A stretch of DNA of 64,000 nt from Geosiphon pyriformis uo1 (taxonomy: Eukaryota; Fungi; Glomeromycota), in contig JAAOMT010000659.1 of assembly GCA_016748015.1 (NCBI GenBank), forward strand, positions 809,222 through 873,221. Reading direction: 5' to 3'. Position numbers and translations under genes: made by a program. Shown one piece after another: positions 30,245-40,750 of this stretch; positions within the stretch are counted from its first letter, which is position 1; each line of letters opens with the position of its first letter. Below the pieces are notes generated by a model. That model was not told the origin of the DNA. It ran no database searches and saw nothing but the letters and a program-made list of their open reading frames with translations.

Positions 30245-30610
30245 TGTTGTTCTGATTGGTTTGAGTGGCTGGTTACGTGTAGAAAATACATGATTTGCTT
30301 CTAGTTTAGATTATTTGAATGATGTATAGTACTAGGTCGTGTTTGAACTTCACTCATTAAACGAAATAAAAAAAAAAATAACAAATATTAAATATAATTT
30401 ACATATTTTTTACATGTAATTAAATATAAATTTAGTTCAAATTAACTTATATTAAGTTTAAAAAAGAAAACTTATCTTAAAAAAACATCTTATTTAATTA
30501 ATATATAACTATTAACAACAATATTACTTATTTATTTAACAGTTTTATCTGTATTTAATTTAATATTAACTGATTAATGTTTTTAAAAAGTCAATAATTA
30601 AATATAAATA

Positions 30611-33600
30611 TTTTTTTATTTTTTTATTTTTTAATGAGTGAAGTCCAAATGCGACCTAGTATCATATATCATACAAATAATCTAAACTAGGAGTGAATCA
30701 TGTGTTTTTTACATGTAACCAGTCACTCAGACCAATTAAAACAACACTACATATTTATATGAACAGAAACCAAGTCCTCAATATCTGAGAAAAATGAACA
30801 TAGATTATGAAATCTGAAACCTATACCAAACACTTCAGCAATACCCAGCAATCTAACCACACCAGCTGAAAATAACATGAATAAATCAAAAATCAAGGTA
30901 AAAATAGAACCATTATGTGGGATTAGCTCATTCTTGTTCATAAAAGCCCGGTGTTTGGCACAGACCAGCCAAATATTCTTTCTGAATACAAGACAAAACT
31001 CATGAACAAAGTCCACAACTTTTGATGTCGCAACCTTAGAATCTCTAAAAACAGAAACAGACTCACAATACCAATCATTGAAAACAAAGCCTTTACACAA
31101 AGCCAAACCAACTACAACATCAGAAATACAGGTATGCAGCAACTGTGAAACACACAAAGAAGACTAAGATAAATCTAAATGAGCCTCCCAAACAAATGCA
31201 TAAGCATCCAACAACTGAGCACGACCTGCAGCATCAAATGAGCAACAAAAAACATGGTCGAAGACTTCAATATCACCACAGAATAAACAAACCACACTGG
31301 GATAACATCTATTATACAAACATTTGTGCACAGCAACTGGAAACTGATGATAGAAGGCCTTCATAAAGTAAATATGAAGACCAACAGTTTACATACTAAT
31401 GAAACCAGCAGCCAAATGAGAATTCATGTGCCATACCATAGAGGACTTCAACCAATTAATATTAGCACATAGATTATCTAGCATGACCTGAGAGCCCAAC
31501 CCAACCTCCCAGCATGTATGATAAACAGACTGGAAAACATTATGAACAAAGTGTCTAAAATTACCAAAAACCACAGTACCACCAGCTCTCAAAAATTTTT
31601 CACTGATTAAATAAGGCAGTTGCCAGGCAGAGAGAGTGGTATCTTTAGCAAGTGTATTAGTGCATTTATTGTCTAAGATGCCTGAATGTCCCCTAACTTT
31701 AATTCAATTCACACATAAATTTTTGCGATGAATAACATCAACAATGTGGCAACGCTCAATCCAACACCAATTCCTGAAATCTGAATGAATCAAAAAGGAT
31801 TTTGCTTTGCACGCATCCAGAACAACCTGGCTGTCTGAGAATAAGTTGACTGACTAAAAAGAAGAAACACACTCAAGAGCTAAAGCAATGGTCTGCAGCT
31901 TCATCAGAGTAGAAGAAACCAGACCAAACACTTTCACACCCAGACCCGAATTGATGTCCTGAAAAAAAACCACAGCACCAGCCTTTATATCAATAGTACT
32001 CAAACCACACAGAGATCCATCCATATACACAGAAAAATGGGCTGCATCAGTGGCCAACAGATCATTACAAATAATACCAAAACCATGAAACTGATGAATA
32101 TCAAAGACAACACTACTATCTATAAGCAAAGAGCACCCAGAATGAAAAACATCACCTCCAAAAAAACAAACAGAGAGATCAAACCAGAACAGAACTGGAC
32201 CACAGGGGTCCAGCCTCTTCCAACACTTAAAGGTTTTTCATTCAAAGACATCACTATTTTGGTCTCACAGCTGCTCCACAAAAGCAATTTCATAACATTT
32301 GAGTAATGAAACACATTTGAAAAAATATGGCTTACCAAGAACCATAGACATAAAAGTACCACCCCAAAAGCAAAAGGCACAGACCAGAGAGTTGCCCAAA
32401 GACAAATTATACCCAAAAAAAATATAAACCACACTGGCCAAAAAATTATTTGAAGAGTTTATACCAACATGAGCCTAAAACAGCAAAGGGTGATGAGGAT
32501 GCCAACTAAGAATCTGGAGATCATAAGACCTATGAGAAAATAAACGACCCAAAATACCAACTGAATTTGCAAAATTGATAACAGATGCTGATTTACTCTC
32601 AGCTTGGATCTGTTTAAAAGTCTTTAAATTGTACAAAAAGGGATGGTAAAGCACATCATTGGAAAAATCAAATAACAATTCTGATTTTGACTTTAGGTCT
32701 TTGCATATCAGAGCATCCTATTTATTATACACATTAATAGAAATGTAATTAAACTGGGTTCTGTAGCTGACAATGGGAAACAGAACTGCAAACACCAAAT
32801 ATGTAAACTATTTATCTGAAATTGTCTTTCTCAAAACAAGATTCACAAAAAACCGAACATCTAAATGAACCTTAGCTAAGCTAGGCTTGGACAAACTTTC
32901 AGTCAACAAGAAAATACCCAGATAACAATAAAATTCTCTCTTTTTTGTGATAGAAATAAGTAATCTACTGATAGTAAGATAGGAATTCGTAACCTGACAA
33001 TTGATAGGGATAGCCATTGTCTTGTCATTATTTATGAAAATGTCATTAAATCTGAAAAATTCACTAGCAACATCAAGAATGTATTGTGTAGTGGTCTGGC
33101 TGTTACCAATCCATATTGTATTATTGACAAAAGCACCAGCAGCAAGAAATGAAATCAACCCAGCCTGAGAATCCACTTGGCCAGTCTTAAAAATAAAATG
33201 AGAATTTAACCTGTAACCATAAACATTCTTCTGTTTCTTGACCTCACACAAAAGGGAATTATAGAATATGCACCAAAAGAGAGGCGAGAAGACTTCTTCT
33301 TGGTCCAACCCATCATGAACATAATATCCATCAGTCAATCTAAAGTCTGTCATCACCCTATTGACGCAATTATTGTGAATGCTACCAAAGAATTTTATAA
33401 ACTTGTTACATATCTTGATTCTGACCAGACTCTTTCTAAGATGTTCTCAACCAACTGAGTTATAAGCTTTATGCATGTTTTGTAAAACCAGCCAAAGTTT
33501 CCTGCTTTTTTCCAAGGCATCTTCAACAACAAAACCAATAGCAAAAATAGGAAATTGTGTCATTGTGCCTTTCAAAACCGAGAAGTTGTCCCCATGGAAA

Positions 33601-35190
33601 ACATTAAAAGTGCTATAAGCTGAAAAAATCTTGTTTGAAAAAACCTTAGAGAAGATCTTGTGGGCTGTTTTAATCAGAGCAATTGGATGGGTATTTGTGA
33701 AAACACCCTCCTATTCATACAGTTTAGGTTTTATTGAAACCCAAGCTTCTCTCTACAATTCAACTCACTAACTAAGCAAGAGTTCAAAAACACCAGAAAC
33801 ATATTTAAAACTGACTTGTTACAATGTTTCCACAATTCATTAGAAATACCAAAAAGACCAGCAGCCTTCCCATCAGGAAGATTCTTGACAATAGCAGACA
33901 TTTTATCAAAACTAATCAAACACATAACACCAGAGAAAGCACTATTAAATACATACTCCAGAGGCTGAAATTGGTGAACTCAATCAGCAAAAAGATTAGA
34001 CACCACTCTACATCTCCTGGTCCATCCCTCCATAATATCATCCACCTTAGATTTGACCAAATTAGGCTCCAAAATCAACTCATCTCTTATAACCAGATGA
34101 TTCAAAACCACCTTATGAAAAGGATGCTCCAACACATTTCTGATGATATGACCTTTGTCTAACTCAAAACTCTCCATTTTTTTAGCTATAGCCTGCTTAA
34201 TATGAGACTCCTCAGCACACTTGGATTCCAACAACTTGGCAGCACAGTATAATTTTCTCATCTTGGCAAACACAAAACAAATAAGATCAAAATTAGAATT
34301 CAAAAGAAAAAGAGACTTCACTGTTAATGCACCAGAAGAATCAAGCTTGTCCCACGTGTTCAGCAATGCAACAAAATCACAACAAAAAAATAAACGCAAG
34401 GCCTTGACCAGCTTAGAAACCAGCAATTCCAGCTTATGAAACCTGAAAAACTTCTTGGTAAAAACACCATCAAAACCCTTGAACTATTTTTTTTTAAATG
34501 CACTATTAGCCAAGAGAACTATGATCTTGCGAATAATGTCCCACATAGTATCCAGATCCGAGAATCTTACAACAGAACCAAATGCATCTGAAAACATAAC
34601 AGCATTAGCAGCTGTATTATCTCTGAACTCAAACCATTTTGTCTTATTGGTATTTTTGATGTCAAACTTCCAATGATCTCTATTTGCTTGTTTGTGAAGA
34701 GAAATCAAATGAGTATCCAAAAGTCTACCCAATTCCAAAGACACAGAGACAGCCTGGTAATCTGTGTCGAAGTGTTCACTAACATCAAAAATACCACAAT
34801 AAACAACTGCATTGATTAGATTAGGAGAAATAAACACGTAGTCAATGGTTTTCTCAACACTCTTAGAATTTATCCAAGTGGGCATTTTAGTAGCCAAGCT
34901 TCCAACCAAAGAATTAACCAGCCCCAGATCCAGGCTTTTTTTAAAACTAGCACACTTATGAGACCCATCTTCATTAAAGTTACCACCGAGAATGATAAAA
35001 GAAGACTCATTAACAGTCTTCGCAATGAGAAAGTTGATTTCATTGGCTTGAGAAAACCAAACTGCCGAAGAAGCACCAGCATAAAGACCCAAAATAGACA
35101 CAAAAAGTTTATTTTTAAAAAGCAATCTGATGTATAGTAGCTGACCAGACACTTCAAAGACCTTACACACATGTTTTGCTAAAAAAAAAC
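30611..35190 (-). mobile_element. Second, 5'-truncated copy of the same LINE family, inverted (tail-to-tail)
   Basis: T-rich tail 30611-30632; 3' UTR is the reverse-complement homologue of 30243-30360; ORF2 fragments (APE C-half, RT AFVNNTIW, RH YMDGS, CLFCGDIEVFDHVFCC) end at 30747. Confidence 0.92.
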
Positions 35191-35899
35191 CTATAACAAT
35201 AATAGCTTTAATAATAATAAAAATAACAAGTTATAAAAACAATTTATCCAACAAATTCATTAAACAGTTTCTATTTTAATTATTTTTTAGTCTTTACTTT
35301 TAAAATAAATATTTAAAAAAATTTTTAATTAAAAAAAATATTAAAAATATTAAAAACTAAATTATTATAATTTAAAGTATTAAAAAACTTATTTGTATTA
35401 TTTATTAAATAAAACTATTATTTATCAGCTAAATTTTTTGAAAAATAATCTTTGATTAAAATTATTTATATTATTATTAATTAATAAAAACTTTATTGTA
35501 AAAATTAAGAAAAACATTAAAAACTATTAATATTTTGTATTTCTAAATTAGAAAAACACATTAAATAATTACAAAAATAGTCTTAAAAAAGATTTTAAAC
35601 AGCAAATAGATTTTAATTCAGTCTCTAAAAAAGAGTATATAAATACACACAACTATTAAAATTAAAAAATAACTTATATTGTAACATCAAAAAAAAATTT
35701 TTAGTATAAATATTAACATTATTACACAAATAAAATTGAAGAATTCACAAAAAATTAATTGCAATTAAAATAGAATATTAACATTTAATATACCAAAAAA
35801 ACCATCTTGTAATATTGGTTAATAAAGTTTTTTTCAAGTCTTAAAGCAAAAATTTTGATAGTATTTTTATTAAGATTTTATTTTATTTTTACAAATTAG

Positions 35900-36750
35900 A
35901 GATTCTGGTTTCTAAAATTGGTTAAACTTTATAATTAGAAGTTAAATAACTTAATTGTTTATTGGCTGTTATTTAATAAACTACATACATATTATGTTCA
36001 AATTTTTTTGGTATTAAGTGTCAATTTTAATACTATTAAGTTTAAATTAGCTAAAATTAAGAAAATTTATTATGTATTTAAGCTTAATAAATTAAGTAAG
36101 CTTAATATTAATATTTAATGTTATATTTATGACTAAGTTAACAGCTTGAATATAATTGGCTTCTTGCTTTATTAATTAAAGTTATAAGCCAGTATTATGG
36201 TTTTTTATAAGCTAATAGAATGGTAGAGTCTAATAAATTGAAAGATACTACTTTTTAGTTTTTTAATAAATTGGTTTAGAGTTTGTTCTAATATATAATA
36301 ATTTTTTTTAATGATCTGAATTTGGTAAAAAATTTGATTAAATTGTCAAAGATAAGTAATTACTGTTTTATGATCTTTCTGTTTTATTATACTGAACTAA
36401 TTTTGTAGTCTAATAAGCATATTGAGGTCACAAAAATATTGTAAAAAAATGAATTTGAAAGCAACAAAGTCAGCTGGTTTCTTCTTAAGACTTTGGTATT
36501 ATGAGTCTGTAGTTTCTGTTAAGAAGAATAATAGAACTTGAATTATTCTGGTCTTGTTTTAATTAATGATTTTAATTGCTTTTTTAGCTTTTACAATCCA
36601 GATATATGTGTTTTGTTCTTTACTGAAGAATTTTTTCAGTTCAGTAATATTTTTATAAGCCATAATTTGAGCAATAAGAATTGGTTTAATTGTTGACAAA
36701 AAAAATATAGATGAAAGTAGGTCTGATTGTTTTGTTAAGTTTATTGCTGG
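35900..36750 (-). pseudogene. Highly AT-eroded Ty3/gypsy gag relic (target of element A)
   Basis: Minus-strand fragments QIMAYKNITELKKF, QVLLFFLTETTDS*YQSL, QYFCDLNMLIRLQN and KQEANYIQAVNLVIN align to element D Gag (QIMAYWDIAKLEKF, QYFCDPNTLIRLQN, EQEVNHTQVINLAIN). Confidence 0.8.
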
Positions 36751-37599
36751 TGTTATGAGTGATTATTTGGGGTCTCAAATCAAATAACAAATCTGTAACT
36801 TGGTGCTAAAAGTTATTTATGTTGATGTTATTAATCTGAAGGTTTTGTATCTAAAGGTTTCAGTTTGAGTTCTTTGTATAATAGACAGAGATTCAATAGT
36901 TGTTTTATTCATAGCTTTCCAGAATCACAATTCTGTCAATTTTTCTCTCAGCGTGATGACTGGCAATTTTTTGGTAAGTATTTCATATTTTCTGTACATG
37001 TTCTACCCTTTTGCAGGAGTCTTTTACTAGGCAATCTTTGACGTCAGTAATCTAACACTTTGTTCCACCAATTAATGCACAACAATAAAATAAAAAAATA
37101 AAAAATAAAGAAAAGAAATAAAAGAAAATAATGAATAAACCAAAGTGGTTTTGCAAGTTAGTATCCCGTCAATAGCCATGATCAAGAGTTATTGTTCTAG
37201 TGTGTTTTAAGTATTGATTACTATCAACATGGAGTGTTAATAATGGAATTAGGTTTAAGATACCAAATAGTTATATTGTGTTTGGAAGGTTGTTTAGATG
37301 AAATCTAAACTGAGAGGTCTGTCTTTTTAGCTTCTACTACTACTGCTATATATACATAATTGAGATTCCTCAATTCCTCAATTTTTCACAACAGAAATTT
37401 TGGAATTCCTGGAATCCTGCAATTCTGTTAAGAAAAATCCTGGAATTCTGGAATCCTGCAATTCCTCATGTGAGAATCCTACAATTTCTGGAATCCTGCA
37501 ATTCCTGTGAGAAAAATCCTGGAATTCCACATTTACTATGTCTACTTCTGATTGGCTAATAACTATGCTAATATATTTTCTATATTTCTATGAGTAACA
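36751..37599 (-). repeat. 3' LTR of element A (849 bp)
   Basis: TGTTA/TAACA termini; homologous to the LTRs of B, C and E; TATATA near 37347-37354 and CCAAT near 37551-37555 on the minus strand. Confidence 0.9.
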
Positions 37600-37612
37600 T
37601 TATTCTCTCCTT

Positions 37613-38232
37613 TTAATATTGAGCTCCGTCAAAATCTAGCTCTTTTAATTCTCCTTTTTGAATTATTTCTTGGACTTCTTTTTCCAGAATTATTTGTGTT
37701 ATTTGTATCTGTAATTCTTTGAATTGGGCATTGGTGATTTTTCCCAATTGATTGCTGGTAACTGTATCCATTGCTTTGTCCAGTAGGATTTCTGGTCAAT
37801 CTTGAAATGCTGTGTGTATTTGGTATATGGCTTGGGTCTGTGTGGATAAGTTGTTCTTTCTCACAAAATGTTCTAATTGTTGTAGTATTCTTGTGTCAAA
37901 TAATCGCTTTGTTTTATTTATATATAGATTCTGGATATTCACGTGTTGTTCCAAGTAAAAATAACAATAGTTTCTTGGAAATTGTTGTATTCACCAATTC
38001 CAAGTTTTTTTAGTCAACTCTTGGTATAGTGACTCTTTTGTTGACTCTTTTATTGCTAATTTTACTTTCGCCATGATTTTGTCAATGGTATTTTCTGTGT
38101 TCTATGTGGTAATGTCTTTCTAGTGTCTTGATATTGGATGGTTTGTTAATTAATTGTAATTTCTATCTTTTGGTGTTGAATCAATTGAAAGAGTTGTTGT
38201 GCTAGTGAGTAGATGTTGTCTGTAATTTCCAT
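37613..38232 (-). pseudogene. ORF3 of element A (unknown protein; carries a short deletion)
   Basis: Homologous to ORF3 in B and C (starts MEITDNI, ends GAQY*). Confidence 0.75.
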
Positions 38233-39658
38233 TTTTCTGATATTTCTTGTCACGTTAGCCATGTCTTTATATACTTTTTTGTTGATTAATTTATGTGTTG
38301 TTGTTGATGATAATGATTGGTTCCAGATCTTGTGAAATTTCTTCTGGTTGGACTAGCATCTTCTGTACTCCTAATTGTGGAATATTACTGGTGGATAGTG
38401 GTGTGATGTTGTAGTATGGTTTCAGTCAATCTCCATGTGCTGTTTTGGTTAAAATTTTGTTATCTAGTCTTAATTTGTAAGCTCTATTCCCTAGAATTTT
38501 TTCTATGTGAAATGGTTTATCCCATTTGGAGTCGAATTTTCCACTCTATTGTTTTTCCGCTTTGGTATGATGTAAGAGTACTTTGTCTCCAATCTTAAAT
38601 TCAACTGGTTTGTTTGGTAGTTGATTATTATGTCTTTTTTTCTGTTTTTCTTGTAACTTTTGTATGTTATCAGCTGCTCTTTTTCATTTGTTTTCCAATG
38701 TTTCTATTAAATCATATGTTTTTCTTAACAATGTCTTTTGAAAATTCTCTTCTGTTATTGATTCAGTTGAATATGTGTTAACCTCTATCTCAACTGGTAA
38801 TGTTGCTGTTTTACCGTATATCAATTTAAATAGTGTTGCTTGTGTGGTGTCTTGTTTCATTGTCCAATAAGCAAATAATACTGATGGTATAAACAAATCT
38901 CATTCATCTTTGTTTTTTTGGCTAAGTTTGGTGATTGCTTCACACAATTTTCTATTAAATCTTTCAACTAAACTGTTTATTTGTGGATGATATAGTAATA
39001 ATAATGGTCTTTTAATTCCGAATCTTTGGCTCAATTCTGCTAGTGTTCTGTTCACAAAGTGAGTTTTCTGGTCTGATAATAATTCTTTTGGACATCCATG
39101 TTGATGTTACAAGTGATTATTTGGGGTGTTGAATCAAATAACAAACCTGTAACTTGATGCTAAAAGTTATTTGTGTTGATGTTATTAATCTGAAGATTTT
39201 GTATCTGAAGGTTTCGGTTTGAGTTCTTTGTGTAATGGACAGAAATTCAATAGTTGTTTTATCTGTAGCTTCTCAGAATTGCAATTCTGTCAATTCTTCT
39301 CTCAGCGTTGTTACAGGTAACAATTTCTGGTGTTGAATTAAACATAAACCCATAATTTGGTGCTCAAAGCTATTCTCATTGTCAATGATCTGAAGGTTTT
39401 GTATCTGAAGGGTTTGGTTGAGTTCTTTGTATAATGGACAGAGATTCAATGGTAATAGTTTCCTCCGTAGCTCCCCGAAACCACAGTTTCATCAATTTCT
39501 TTCTCAGCTTAATGGCTGGTATTCTTCCTGGTAAGCTATCTTTAATCGAGTATTTTACCCTTATTTCTGGGTCTTTTACCAGTCACGTTTATCTTAACGT
39601 TATTACCCGAGTAAAAAAACCAATCCAAAGTTATGAAGAGACATGACCAAAACGTGAC

Positions 39659-39833
39659 ATAACACAGAATAATGTGCAATAACATTGGATAATGCATTAT
39701 AACGTAGAATAATGTGTTATAATGCAGGATAACACAGAATAGTGTGCAATAATGTAGGATAACGTGTTATAATGCAGAATAACACAGAATAACATGTAAT
39801 AATGTCAGATAACGTGTTATAATATAGGATAAC
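39659..39833 (+). repeat. About 17 tandem 10-bp units (ATAA-CG/TG/CA-NNNN) in U3 of LTR D; second copy ~48790-48964
   Basis: ATAACACAGA ATAATGTGCA ATAACATTGG ATAATGCATT ATAACGTAGA ... read directly. Confidence 0.9.
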
Positions 39834-40690
39834 TAGTGATAACATAGAAAAACAAAGCAATAACAGAAACAACAAAGCAATAGCTAGCGATAGTGAGACA
39901 ATTGAAAGCAATCCTGTAAAACCAAAAGAATGTATAAAAGCAAGTAGTTATAGAAGTGAGAAAAGACAGACAGACAGACAGATACGAACCTCTAGACCAA
40001 AATTAAAAATATCCATACTCTTTCATCCTTTATTATCTTCCCTATTTTATCTCCTGAAATAAACCAATTATTAAAAGAAATCAGAATCATGAATTCATGT
40101 TCTCGAACTTTGTAGAATTTACATGAATTAACTCTTGTCTCGTATCTCTGTTCTAGAACAGATGCTTTTAGCATAACTGCTTCGAACCTATTAATGATTT
40201 GGACCAATCGCTCTTGATCACGGCAATTGATGATACTAATTTATTTTTTCTCTCTTTTCTTTTTTTTCTTTTTATTTTTTTTTCTTTTTCTGTCTTATTT
40301 TTGTGGAGTGGCAACATAGTAAAATTGACTGTCTGGGAATAGACTTTGTGATAGCCTGGTAAAAGAGGGAAGCTCCCCTTAAATTTTGGATATTAACATT
40401 ATCTTGTTAGCTTATTAGAAGAGTGAAAAGACAATGCCAGACCCTAACGACTGTGCTTGTTAGCTCGGAGAAGAAAGCTCACATTTATGAAAAATGTTGC
40501 AATTGACAAAAAACAAACTCTGTGCCTTATAACTAAAGAACTCAACGGGTAAAATTTACATCCAGGAATAGACCTTCAAAGACTGATAATCAAGACTAAG
40601 CCAACAAAATTACATGGAAGACGCCTCATCAATAATTAAGAGCACCAAACATTACCATTTCCCATACCCACCAAGTTTACCCATAACATT

Positions 40691-40706
40691 TGGTGCTCTC
40701 TGTGAG
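40691..40706 (+). promoter_or_regulatory. Primer-binding site of D (probably tRNA-Ile(UAU))
   Basis: TGGTGCTCTCTGTGAG begins 2 nt after the LTR end; complementary to a tRNA end of type CTCAC..GGAGCA-CCA. Confidence 0.7.
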
Positions 40707-40750
40707 ATAATAAATCCACAGAGACAGAGCACCCCCAAAAATACATAAAA

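Larger units (their letters stand above)
23601..30378 (+). mobile_element. Near full-length non-LTR retrotransposon (LINE, APE-RT-RNase H-zinc finger), degenerate
   Basis: Two ORFs, 3' UTR and poly(A) at ~30368-30378. Candidate TSD AAATAACAAATA at 23589-23600 and 30376-30387 (weak, AT-rich context). Confidence 0.92.
36751..39104 (-). mobile_element. LTR element A, 3' part (3' LTR, PPT, ORF3, integrase C-half); interrupted by B, remainder not in window
   Basis: LTR TGTTA...TAACA 36751-37599, adjacent PPT, integrase fragment LFAYWTMKQDTTQATLF cut at 39104. Confidence 0.9.

Noticed and set aside
37771-38013. Near-identical hydrophobic 80-aa ORFs at 37771 and 61316 as a membrane or Env protein
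   Set aside because: They are antisense shadows of the A-rich ORF3; the homologous frame in C (~50560-50800) is not open.
39320-39600. Protein-like frame inside LTR U5 (LVKDPEIRVKYS...) as an N-terminal Gag extension
   Set aside because: The frame is not preserved among the A, C and D LTRs (non-triplet indels, 13-nt deletion in C's 5' LTR); kept only as an alternative to the GUG start.
39659-39833. Regular short repeats as a CRISPR array
   Set aside because: Contiguous 10-bp units with no unique spacers, inside LTRs of a eukaryotic element; no cas genes.
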